From assembly GCA_964016885.1 (NCBI GenBank), contig OZ024742.1, positions 36,828,001 to 36,892,000 of the forward strand: a DNA stretch of 64,000 nucleotides. Direction: 5' to 3'. The position numbers and the translations under genes are program-made. This stretch comes from Eledone cirrhosa (taxonomy: Eukaryota). Shown piece after piece: positions 1-12,242 of this stretch (the first letter of the stretch is position 1; each line of letters starts with the position of its first letter). Below the pieces are notes generated by a model. The model was not told the origin of the DNA, searched no databases, and worked only from the letters and a program-made list of their open reading frames with translations.

Positions 1-518
1 ACTCGTTTTCGAGTACGGCCACTACTTTATATCCATGTAGGAGAACCCTTACCGATGCGCTGAACGAGTGTGACTTTTTAGTCCAGCCAGCGACTTGAAA
101 ACTCTGGTACAAACACTACACTTGTGACAATTATTGACACATAGTGCTGGGCCCATGGTACCATGTGACGACAAGTGCACAAAGCCAGTCCCACTCTCTT
201 AACCAAGATGATATTTACCAAAAAGAAGAACAAGTCAACATCATTGGATACTATCAGGGTTGCAGGTGTTATATCAGAGTTTTCCTTCTCCTAGAATTCT
301 GCCTTGACAAAGGCTAAGGGGTCATCTCTCCCGGTGATTTTGGATGGCCATTGACTCTTAAGAGCTCCTTTGCCATTTGACAGGTTTTGTTTTTAGTCCT
401 GCAGGATGTCCAAAGTCACCCTCCTCACCAAGAATCCTTGGTGGGGTTGCCAGTTTAGTCGCCAACGACCCGACCATGAGACAGGTTCTACTGGGATACA
501 TGTTACCAGTAGCACCAA
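1..518 (-). mobile_element. Bipartite non-autonomous RTE-derived retroposon, subfamily A (partial, with ~65-bp internal deletion)
   Basis: Near-identical to 9957-10564 and 47586-48194; followed by (CATA)n; minus strand encodes the C2H2 remnant HKCSVCTRVFKSLAGLKSHTRSAHR*. Confidence 0.75.
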
Positions 519-983
519 CATACATACATACATACATACATACATACATACATACATACATACATACATACATACATCTGGAATACCGACCAATCGAAAC
601 TCAGGATATTTCCGGATGTTAAACACCCCTCAGAGTACAACCATCATAATTATCATCATCATCGACATCATCAACATCATCATCATCATCATCATCATCA
701 CCACCATGAAGATTTTTCCTCGTCTGCTTCCTTCAGTTCAGTTCATTTCAAATACGATTCATTGTGTATGTGTGCATCTTTGTATGTGTATGTGCATGTG
801 TATGCACATGCTGTATGTACATAGTTATATGTGTGTGTGTGGGTGTTTTTGTAATTGGGAGGGTGAGGTCCATGTCTGCTCCCCCGCCTGCTAGCAAGCC
901 TCTTATTCACAGATCACTACCACTAAGTAGAGCTCCTGGGATGAATTATAGTGTTTAAGTCTCCCTTGCCAGTACACAACGTC

Positions 984-1071
<88 letters not shown>

Positions 1072-1510
1072 CTCTTTCACATCAAAACTCATGCCAAGCC
1101 CCACCGTAGCTACAAACGGTAACCCGGTGCATGGCAGGTCTCTGACTAACTAGGCAGGGGATATCGGTGCAGTAGTATGTTGGAAGCTCTGTAGGAAGGG
1201 GCAATACCCACAACCTTCACACGTAATCCGAGGCCGGATAAATTGCTGCCGTTGCTGCTCTGTTTAAACTGTTTCAAGTCCACTCGGCAATTACACCGGC
1301 TTCCCCACCATACCCTCTCTAGCGAGGAGGGGAAACACAGCAACACAAAAACATGTGCTGTCAAAGGGTGCTCTAGAAACGCCGTGAGTCAGTATGGTGC
1401 CTCTGCGACACCATCAAGAGTTACGGGACCATACCATACATAGAGCTAATAAGTCCTGATAGATCAGGACAGGTATCTAGTATCCCTTACAGTTAAGAAA
1501 CAAAAACAAG

Positions 1511-2180
1511 ATAATAATAATAATGAAATTATTGTGTACAGTACTCAGGTGCACTACAACTCATCAAAGGTGCATGTATAGTACATAGAATAATGTACAA
1601 ATGTCAGGAAAATGAACAGTGTACGAGTCATGATATACATGTGTGCGTGTGTATGGAGGGGCGATATTAGGTGTAGTGTTGGTGAATCTCAGGAAGCATG
1701 GAGGTTTTAAAGGATGCAGTGTCTCAGCAGCTAACAACTGATGCAGGTAGTTTGTTCCATGGATGTTTTAAAGGATGCAGTGTCTCAGCAGCTAACAACT
1801 GATGCAGGTAGTTTGTTCCATGGAGGTTTTAAAGGATGCAGTGTCTCAGCAGCTAACAACTGATGCAGGTAGTTTGTTCCATGGAGGTTTTAAAGGATGC
1901 AGTGTCTCAGCAGCTAACAACTGATGCAGGTAGTTTGTTCCATGCTCAGCAACTCTGAGCGTGAAAAGATGTTTCACAAAGTAATGGGAGCTGTGCTGTT
2001 TTCTGACTGTGTAGGCATGCCCACGTGTATTAGACACGTGGAAATCAAAAGGGTGCTCAGGGTTGTTGTTGGCAAGATGGTTAATAATTTTGTGGGTGTT
2101 TACCAAGTCAGTTGCCTGGCGTCGGAGCTTCAGTGTATCCATGCCCAGGGAAGCAAGGCGTTCAGAGTATGGTAGATGGC
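1511..2180 (-). mobile_element. CR1-group LINE 3' end (5'-truncated) with (ATT)n tail
   Basis: ORF 1846-2229 reads LPYSERLASLGMDTLKLRR..DL...HKII...TRGH...F.LRV..WNKLP, typical of the CR1-group ORF2 C-terminus; ATAATAATAAT tail at 1511-1524. Confidence 0.75.
1697..1944. repeat. 61-bp tandem repeat x4 inside the LINE 3' end
   Basis: Unit CATGGAGGTTTTAAAGGATGCAGTGTCTCAGCAGCTAACAACTGATGCAGGTAGTTTGTTC starts at 1697, 1758, 1819 and 1880. Confidence 0.95.
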
Positions 2181-2478
2181 CAGAGAGATGAAAAAAATGT
2201 GGGTAGGTCCATGGAGGCAACAGAAACATAAATGAGATATTTAAAATTGAAAAACAAGGGCAGCTATATAGTTGCGTGTGAATCTTTTTTAGCCTCCATC
2301 TACAGAAAGATCTTGTTTATAGATGGTAGATGTTTGATAATATATTCTATCTCCAATTTTGACAGTTTTTTTAAGGATCACCTTTAAGATGTCCTCACTC
2401 AGACGGATAGTTTCTGCATTGGAACTATAATATATATGTGTGTGTATGTGTATGTATGTGTGTATATATATATGTATG

Positions 2479-2567
<89 letters not shown>

Positions 2568-2572
2568 ATGCA

Positions 2573-2922
2573 TGTATGTATATGCGTATAGATATATGAA
2601 TATATGTAAAGTATATGTGGCAATATACCGTATATTTAATTAAAAACATTTAGAAGACCATACGCTATCAGTTTTAAAGTAGTGACTATGTGACTTACTT
2701 ATTTTCGGTGAAAGAAGGGAGAGAAGTTGGCAGTCTGTTTCACGCTGGTTGGCGTTCATCAGAACCACGCACTCCTCCGAAAATAAGTAAGTGACATAGT
2801 CACTACTTTAAAAGTGATAGCGTATTGTCTTCTAAATGTTTTTAATTAAACATACGGTATATTTGGCAATATACTATACATACATTCATGTATACATCGC
2901 TATTTCAGAGCACCAATCCTAA

Positions 2923-2925
<3 letters not shown>
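2573..2925. mobile_element. (TA)n-flanked fold-back cassette, PLE pLTR-like
   Basis: Inverted arms ~2595-2708 and ~2777-2890; HHR core in the spacer; related to 28851-29259. Confidence 0.7.
2726..2765 (-). ncRNA. Hammerhead ribozyme, type I (degenerate cleavage site)
   Basis: Reverse strand: gtt CTGATGA acgc-caacca-gcgt GAAA cag-a-ctg CC aac; U16.1 appears mutated to C. Confidence 0.6.
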
Positions 2926-2975
<50 letters not shown>

Positions 2976-2979
<4 letters not shown>

Positions 2980-3028
2980 TTGAACACACGTTTTCAAATA
3001 AAGAATCTTGCTAAACAAATTCAGAAAC

Positions 3029-3062
<34 letters not shown>

Positions 3063-3344
3063 CGTTTCTGAATTTGTTTAGCAAGATTCTTTATTTGAAA
3101 ACGTGTGTTCAAACCGATATTGTTATGCTTTGGGAGGGTCATGTTGCCAATAAGAAACACACGCACCAGCTGCTTTCACTCCAATTTATTATAAGTTAAA
3201 TTTATAAATTTAAGAATTTATAAATTTCCGGTTGGTTGGTTCCACAACCGGGCGGTTGTTCATATATTGTCAAAGTTCTTTCGTCACACATTCTGGTGCG
3301 TGTGTTTCTTATTGGCAACATGACCCTCCCAAAGCATAACAATA

Positions 3345-3345
<1 letters not shown>
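2976..3345. mobile_element. (TA)n-flanked double fold-back cassette (family also at 4000-5040, 51627-51750, 59500-59600)
   Basis: 2976-3031 is the reverse complement of 3061-3117, and 3117-3169 of 3293-3345; shared motif ATATTGTTATGCTTTGGGAGGGTCAT. Confidence 0.75.
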
Positions 3346-3426
<81 letters not shown>

Positions 3427-3678
3427 TATATGGGTGTGTGTTTGTATAATACACACATACAGACACACACACACAGATATACATATAAGCAGCAGGGCTG
3501 GCCTAAGGGCATAACACAGACGCCTGGTGGTAGAATGGAGAGGTTTGATAATACGACTGTTAATTCGTATATAAACATATATGTCTTTATTGGAATATAA
3601 ACAATTCGCACAAACTGGCATTCTATGTATAAATTTTATATTTTATTTTAAAACACACTCAAGCACACACACATATAT

Positions 3679-3785
<107 letters not shown>

Positions 3786-3862
3786 ACAGGAAGGTAATAT
3801 ATCCGTAGTGGTAGAGCACTCAGTCCATAACACAACAGTTAGTTCACCATACCGAGAACAGT

Positions 3863-3903
3863 CCGAGCTGAAGATCCGCTTAAGGTGAAACCATTGTTCT
3901 CGG
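3863..3903 (+). ncRNA. Hammerhead ribozyme, type I, in a fold-back cassette (arms 3827-3860 and 3895-3928)
   Basis: ccgag CTGAAGA t cc-gcttaa-gg t GAAAC catt GTT ctcgg; 5-bp stem I, GUU site. Confidence 0.8.
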
Positions 3904-3930
3904 TATGGTGAACTAACTGTTGTGTTACTA

Positions 3931-4001
<71 letters not shown>

Positions 4002-4104
4002 AAACCAAACAGTGAGTGTGTTTTATTATTATTATCTGACAATATTATAACACTATGACCCTCCTCAAATATAACAACATATATATATTTGTATATATAT
4101 ATAT

Positions 4105-5885
<1,781 letters not shown>

Positions 5886-5970
5886 ATAATCTTAAACAAC
5901 CTTCAGTAATAATTAACAAAAGAAATCTATTAATCAGCTTTGTGTACGTGTGTATATGTGTATATATATT

Positions 5971-6475
5971 AGGGTCCTTGACTCACGATTTTAAGGTCTT
6001 TAGTTCGATTCCTGGTGGTTTGTTGTGCCCTTGAGCAAGACACGCTATTTCATGTTGCTCTAGTTCATTTAGCTAGGAGAAATTAGTTGTAATTCAGAGA
6101 AGTTGTAATTGAAAAGGCCGGCTTTGTCACACACCGTATCTCGTTGAATTTCCTTGAGAACTACGTTAAGGAAAGTCGTGTCTAAGGACTGCTCAGCCAC
6201 TTTCACGTTAATTTCACGAGCAGGATGTTCCCAGACCTGCCAACTTCTAAAAATCCAAACGGGGAGTACCATGAAAATCAAAGTGCCCCAAAACGGGGAG
6301 AAATGAAGCATAAAGGGGGAGATTTTACATAATGAAAGCTATACCCATTTCCACAAGAAAAGACATCTCTCACCCATCCCAAAGTGGGTAGGGGATCTCC
6401 CCGTCGGACGAGGAGGGTCGACATGTCTGTGTTCCGTTGTTTGCATCAAATGGAACACTCGTCGTAAAAACAGAC
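5971..6475 (+). mobile_element. tRNA-derived SINE (family 2) interrupted by a MITE
   Basis: B-box-like AGTTCGATTCC at ~6002; body similar to 16340-16646 (minus) and 54110-54216. Confidence 0.6.
6232..6429. mobile_element. hAT-like MITE with 6-bp TSD
   Basis: Ends CAGACCTGCCAAC and GTCGACATGTCTG; TGTTCC duplicated at 6226-6231 and 6430-6435; same family as 38051-38224. Confidence 0.75.
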
Positions 6476-6519
6476 ATATACACGTACAAATATTTATACC
6501 TATGTTTGAGTGGGTGTAT

Positions 6520-6559
<40 letters not shown>

Positions 6560-6562
<3 letters not shown>

Positions 6563-7175
6563 AGAAAGTATGACCCCGACGGCAGAGCTCAAGCCGTTTC
6601 GACGGCTATTTCTGGACTAAAGTAAGAGTTTTTTTAGTCTGGTAAATAAATAGCCGAACTTTTTAGGGTACTTCCTTATAAGGAAATATTGTAGTTGTCA
6701 AGGGGATTGGTCAAAATTTGTAGCGGACACAGAAAAGTCCATCATGGCATTGGGTGCGGGGTGGGGATAGCTGAACTTGCCTGTAGAACGATAGGGGAGT
6801 GGGTAGAGTCGGTCAAGCGTAGAAGGTGAAATATACACGGCAGATTCGAAGGAAATACTCTTGAAAAGTTCGGCTATTTATTTACCAGACTAAAAAAAAC
6901 TCTTACTTTAGTCCAGAAATAGCCGTCGAAACGGCTTGAGCTCTGCCGTCCGGGTCATACTTTCTCCTATTACCCACTCTACTACCCTAAGTAATGAGTA
7001 CTCTGGTGCGTTATGGTCCATCTGGTTCCTTACCACAACTCCTCCGTTATATATATATATATATAATTATATAGTCTTTCCCTATTACCCACTCTACTAC
7101 CCCAAGATCGGAACTCCGTTCGGATCTAGCTGTCGAAACGGCCGGGGCTCAGCCGTCGGGGTCCGGACTTTTTTC
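6560..7175. mobile_element. (TA)n-flanked fold-back PLE pLTR family (other copies at 32662-32889, 36928-37075, 51005-51058, 55068-55471, 62788-62988)
   Basis: Arms 6560-6663 and 6864-6968; shared GACCCCGACGGCAGAGCTCAAGCCGTTTCGAC and GGACCATAACGCACCAGAGTACTCA motifs. Confidence 0.8.
6857..6955 (+). ncRNA. Hammerhead ribozyme, U3-A8 core variant, extended stem II
   Basis: actc TTGAAAA gttcggctattt...gactaaa..tttagtc..aaatagccgtc GAAAC ggc-ttgagctct-gcc GTC cgggt. Confidence 0.65.
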
Positions 7176-7187
7176 CTATATATATAT

Positions 7188-7256
<69 letters not shown>

Positions 7257-7635
7257 AAGTACATACATGTTCAGATGGACCAACTTGAGTATAATATCAA
7301 TTATTCAATTGACATGAGCTGTAGTGTTAAGAGGTTTTCTATGCAGCTGCGTTATACAGGTTCAATATCACAGCGAGCCATTTTTACCACACATCTTTCT
7401 ACCTGAAACTTTGACTAGTAATGCGTTGGGAGTGTTGGGTAGAGTTTGACAGGCAGAAACTATGTGATATATGTATCCACATCGAAAAAGATGATAGTAT
7501 CCCTACCGCGAGTCCTATATATATGTATGTAAAAGGTAAGCAGAAATAACAACACAAATGGTACAGTATATGGAATATATTAGTTTAACCCTTGAAATAG
7601 CTGGAAGAGGGTACACACGCACGCACACGCACACA

Positions 7636-7682
<47 letters not shown>

Positions 7683-7684
7683 TG

Positions 7685-7728
<44 letters not shown>

Positions 7729-7840
7729 AGAGAAAGAAAGAGAGAGAGCGAGGGAGATAAATCAGTGTGGTGCTCAATGCATGGGAAGGACCTTTTTTGT
7801 AGTCAATATACGGTAAAAGTTTCTAATTCTGTTTTTCTGT

Positions 7841-7905
<65 letters not shown>

Positions 7906-8812
7906 TAATCACACATACCACACGTACACACGATAAATACACAAAAATAATGGCGGAAAACAGCGGGACACATCGACCGGAAGTTTGTTGACGCCTTCCT
8001 TTCTTCAAATTTCTATCGAGGTCTCTCACTCTTTTTCTTTCTCTCTTCATCTCTCTCTCTCTCTGCCTACCTATCTATCTCTCAATCAATTGTATTTTCT
8101 ATTATTGAAAAAGCAGTAATCAATGGAAAATTTCTGACCCAACAGCTATAATTATTGATGTGTGTGTTTGTGTGTTTGAATGTATTGGTGATGTGTATGC
8201 GAGCGATATGTTTGCGTGAATATGTACGTGCGTGCGTGTGAGTACTGTTTGTTGTTTGTTGTTCACTGTATAAAAGTATTTGTGTTATGTGGGGAGTGAA
8301 TGGCATGTGTCCGTATGCTTGTTAGTTTGTATCTGTGGAGATGTGTGATTTGTGACGGTATGTGTGTGTATGTGTGTGAAAAAGAGACACCAAAACAGAG
8401 CTTGGGAAATTAATCTATTTTTAAACAGGCGTTGTCAAATAAATGCCTATAAACATATATAATAATAACATGAATAGTTTGTTTACAAAATGTATGAGAC
8501 TTTAATGTCTCTTATACCATGGTGTCTTAACGTAAGTATTTACCTTCTCTATTCTGTCCGCTAGGGCCGCGGGGCAGTCAGCGCATGGGTCCCAATTTAC
8601 TCATAATAGTGAGAGATGGGGAGAGCAGGAGAGACGGAAGCAATGACAGTGGGAGTTTTGTTCTTTTGTTTTCGGACCTGGTGTATATGTATGTTTCACG
8701 ACACACACTCACGCATCTATTTCCCTACTACCAGTAACTGCCGATAACAGATAATAACCCTGAAATACAGAGTATTAATATACTAGTTAAACTTGCACTA
8801 TATATAAATATG

Positions 8813-8999
8813 GGCGGTGGATTGGCAGTATTGGTAAAGGGTCGGGCGCCATGCTTTGCAGTAAAGAGCTACGGCCCTGTATGGTCTGAGTTCAAATCCC
8901 ACCGAGGCTAACTTTGCCTTTCATGCTTACGGGGTCGATAAAATAAAGTACCAGTAATACACTGGGATAATTGCTGGCCTTGTGCTAAAAGTAGAAACA
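8813..8999 (+). mobile_element. tRNA-derived SINE (family 1) with ~16-bp TSD
   Basis: A box TGGCAGTATTGG, B box GAGTTCAAATCC, central GCCTTTCAT.CTT.CGGGGTCGATAAAATAAAGTACCAG; ACTATATATAAATATG flanks both sides. Confidence 0.8.
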
Positions 9000-9197
9000 A
9001 CTATATATAAATATGCTTTCAACAAGAATTGTTTTTTTGTTTTGTTTTGTTTGTTTTTTTACAAATATATCAGTGGAAGTTAGCCACTGATGATGAGGAA
9101 TAACTCTGAAATAGATGTATACATCGTTTTCACACTAATGCTGATGCTGCTGTGATATGATCTCAGCTTACAATATTCACAACGAAACTATATGTAT

Positions 9198-9395
9198 GCG
9201 GTGGATTGGCAAAGTCATCAGAGTGTCGAACAATTGCTGAGCAGTATTAGATCAGACTCTTAATGTTCTGGGTCCAAATCCCGCCGAGATCAACTTTGCC
9301 TTTCGTCCTTCCGATGTCAATAAAATAAAGTACCAGTCTGGGGTTCGATATAGTCGACTTTTTTCTCCCCCTAAATTGCTGGCCTTGTGCCAAAC
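9198..9395 (+). mobile_element. tRNA-derived SINE (family 1, diverged)
   Basis: Colinear with 8813-8999. Confidence 0.7.
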
Positions 9396-9811
9396 CATAC
9401 ATAAAGATATTGAATATAAGTCATATACCCTTCATTCTTAATCACCCTATGTTAGTGTTATTGCTACTTAATATTAACCAGTTAATCTGGTACTGTATGT
9501 AAATAAGCTTTCCACAAAAGTTTTTTGTTTACAGTATCTCGGAGTAAGCGACTGCTAATAACGAGTAATGACACTAAAATAGATGTATACATAACCTTAA
9601 ACTGACACCGAGGAAACTGCGACATGTTCGCTGCTTAAAATACTCGCAACGATAGTAAATGTATGTTTATTATATACAAACATATCGTGTATGAGTCCGT
9701 AATGCCTTTATTGTGAATCATGCTAAGCTGGTGATATTCCTAATTAATAAACATATTGTGAGTATTTTAAATTGTAGTCACATCACGACCACCTCAGTAA
9801 CACGCACACGC

Positions 9812-9857
<46 letters not shown>

Positions 9858-9956
9858 CATACATACATACACACATATACACATACATACATACATACAT
9901 ACATACATACATACATACATACATACATACATACATACATACATACATACATACAT

Positions 9957-10564
9957 GGTAGCTGCCAACTCGTTTTCGAGTACGGCCACTACTTTATATC
10001 CATGTAGGAGAACCCCTACCGATGCGCTGAACGAGTGTGACTTTTTAGTCCAGCCAGTGACTTGAAAACTCTGGTACAAACACTACACTTGTGACAATTA
10101 TTGACACACAGTGCTGGGCCCATGGTACCATGTGAGGACAAGTGCAGAGAGATCTCCAGATATAAAGCAATGCCTGTGCCGTGAAGCTTTTATAGTGAGT
10201 AAAGGCACTGCACAAAGCCAGTCCCACTCTCTTAACCAAGATGATATTTACCAAAAAGAATAACAAGTCAACATCATTGGATACCATCAGGGTTGCAGGT
10301 GTTATATCAGAGTTTTCCTTCTCCTAGAATTCTGCATTGACAAAGGCTAAGGGGTCATCTCTCCCGGTGATTTTGGATGGCCATTGACTCTTAAGAGCTC
10401 CTTTGCCCTTTGACAGGTTTTGATTTTAGTCCTGCAGGATGTCCAAAGTCACTTTTCTCACCAAGAAACCTTGGTGGGGTTGCCAGTTTAGTCGCCAACG
10501 ACCCCACCATGAGTCAGGTTGTACTGGGATACATGTTACTAGTAGCACCAACTGGTGACCTGAC
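9957..10564 (-). mobile_element. Bipartite non-autonomous RTE-derived retroposon, subfamily A (full length, ~608 bp)
   Basis: (CATA)n on both sides; RTE-like 5'UTR fused to a terminal C2H2 remnant and a 3' stem-loop CTCG-AAAA-CGAG before the (ATGT)n tail. Confidence 0.75.
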
Positions 10565-10626
10565 ATACATACATACATACATACATACATACATACATAC
10601 ATACATACATACATACATACATACAT

Positions 10627-11097
10627 GATGGCTGCAACTCGATTTCGAGTAATGCCATCGCTTGATACTTAAGTATGTGCATCACGGACTTGGCTTTTTA
10701 GTCCTGCTAGGGACTTACCTATAGCCAGCAATACCATGCATCGCATAAAAATGTCACATATCAAGCGATGCCTGTACTTGAAGCTTTCTTAAGTGATGAA
10801 AGGCTTTGCACGGGGTCAATCCCACTCTCTGAAGATCGAATGCATTTCCCCAGAAAGAAGAACTCGTCTACGTCATTGGATGCAAACAAAGTCGCAGGTT
10901 TTATATCAGAGTGACCTTCTCCTAGAAAGATGCCGTTGATTATCCTAAGTTCCTCCGCCCTTTGACGAGTCTTGATTTTCATCCCGTAGGGTGTCCAAAA
11001 TGACCCTCCTCACTTGGTGGTTTAGTCGCCGACGACCCAACCAAGCACAGGTTGTACTGAGTTACATGTTACTAGTAGAGCTGAAGAACGACCTGAC
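10627..11097 (-). mobile_element. Bipartite non-autonomous RTE-derived retroposon, subfamily B
   Basis: Same 5' start (GTCAGGTC) and 3' stem-loop; remnant KSLAGLKSQVRDAHT*; flanked by (CATA)n. Confidence 0.7.
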
Positions 11098-11165
11098 ATA
11101 AACATACATACATACATACATACATACATACATACATACATACATACATACATACATACATACAT

Positions 11166-11327
11166 GATGGCTGCCCCCTCGTTATCGAGTATGGCCATTG
11201 CACGAGAAGAAAAAAAAAAATAAAATAAAATAAAAAAAAATAAAATAAAATAAAATAAAAAAATAATAATAATAATAATAATAAATAAATTAAAAAAGAA
11301 AAAAAAAAAAAGAGGAAAAGAAAAAAG

Positions 11328-11382
<55 letters not shown>

Positions 11383-11544
11383 CATATATACATACACACA
11401 TACATACACATACACTCACACATATACACACACATACATTAATAACAATAATAATAATAATAATAGCAATAATAATAATAACGACAACAACAATAATAAT
11501 ATACATATACATATATATATACACACACACGCACGCACATAAGC

Positions 11545-11594
<50 letters not shown>

Positions 11595-12113
11595 TAGCAA
11601 CTAACAGTGCTGCGATCGAATGTGGCTTTTTAGCCCAGCCAATGATCTAAAATGTCTTGCACAGAGTCGGCAACCAAAACATTCACTGGGAATAGTCGGC
11701 TGTGGTTGGAGTTCGTGTACTTTTGCATGTCACTTGAGCCCTCCTGCTGATTTACATTCTTTACCACATGTTTGGCAAGCATGATCAATAGCATCTCCAA
11801 CAGCAGCCTGGTAGTCAACCACTGGTCTTACTTTATGACTGCGAAGATGACTTTCGAGTCCAGCTTTGCTTAGGCAGAGTCTCGCACAGACGCTGTATGT
11901 CAGCACCATAGGAGGACCCTCGCCGTCTGGAAGTGCAACAGCAATGCCCTTCCTCACGTCCCGCTTTACTTTCTCGTGTGCGATTCGAGATGCCTCAAAG
12001 GCAACTTTTCCCTCATATACAGTCTTTCTCCATTCATTACGATCAGCAGCAATATTTTCCCATGTATCAGCAGAGATATTAGCGTCTTTCAGTGAGGCTT
12101 TCAAGGAATCCTT
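11166..12113 (-). mobile_element. 5'-truncated RTE-clade LINE; 3'UTR expanded by microsatellites
   Basis: KDSLKASLK....TWE..AADR..WR is an RTE ORF C-terminus; terminal stem-loop CTCGATAACGAG at ~11178-11189, then (ATGT)n. Confidence 0.8.
11601..12113 (-). pseudogene. RTE ORF C-terminus with three C2H2 zinc fingers (one in-frame stop)
   Basis: YSVCARLCLSKAGLESHLRSH; CQTCGKECKSAGGLK*HAKVH; CRLCARHFRSLAGLKSHIRSQHC*; the TGA at 11730-11732 is in frame with the TAG at 11601-11603. Confidence 0.8.
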
Positions 12114-12242
12114 ATACATACATACATACATACATACATACATACATACATACATACATACATACATACATACATACATACATACATACATACATACATA
12201 CATACATACATACATACATACATACATACATACATACATACA

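Noticed and set aside
9087-9125. HHR-like CTGATGA-tgag..ctc-tGAAA
   Set aside because: Stem I and stem III cannot be closed; at most a decayed copy.
11730-11732. Selenocysteine or programmed read-through at the in-frame TGA
   Set aside because: It is not at a zinc-ligand position and is simply explained as CGA-to-TGA decay in a truncated copy.
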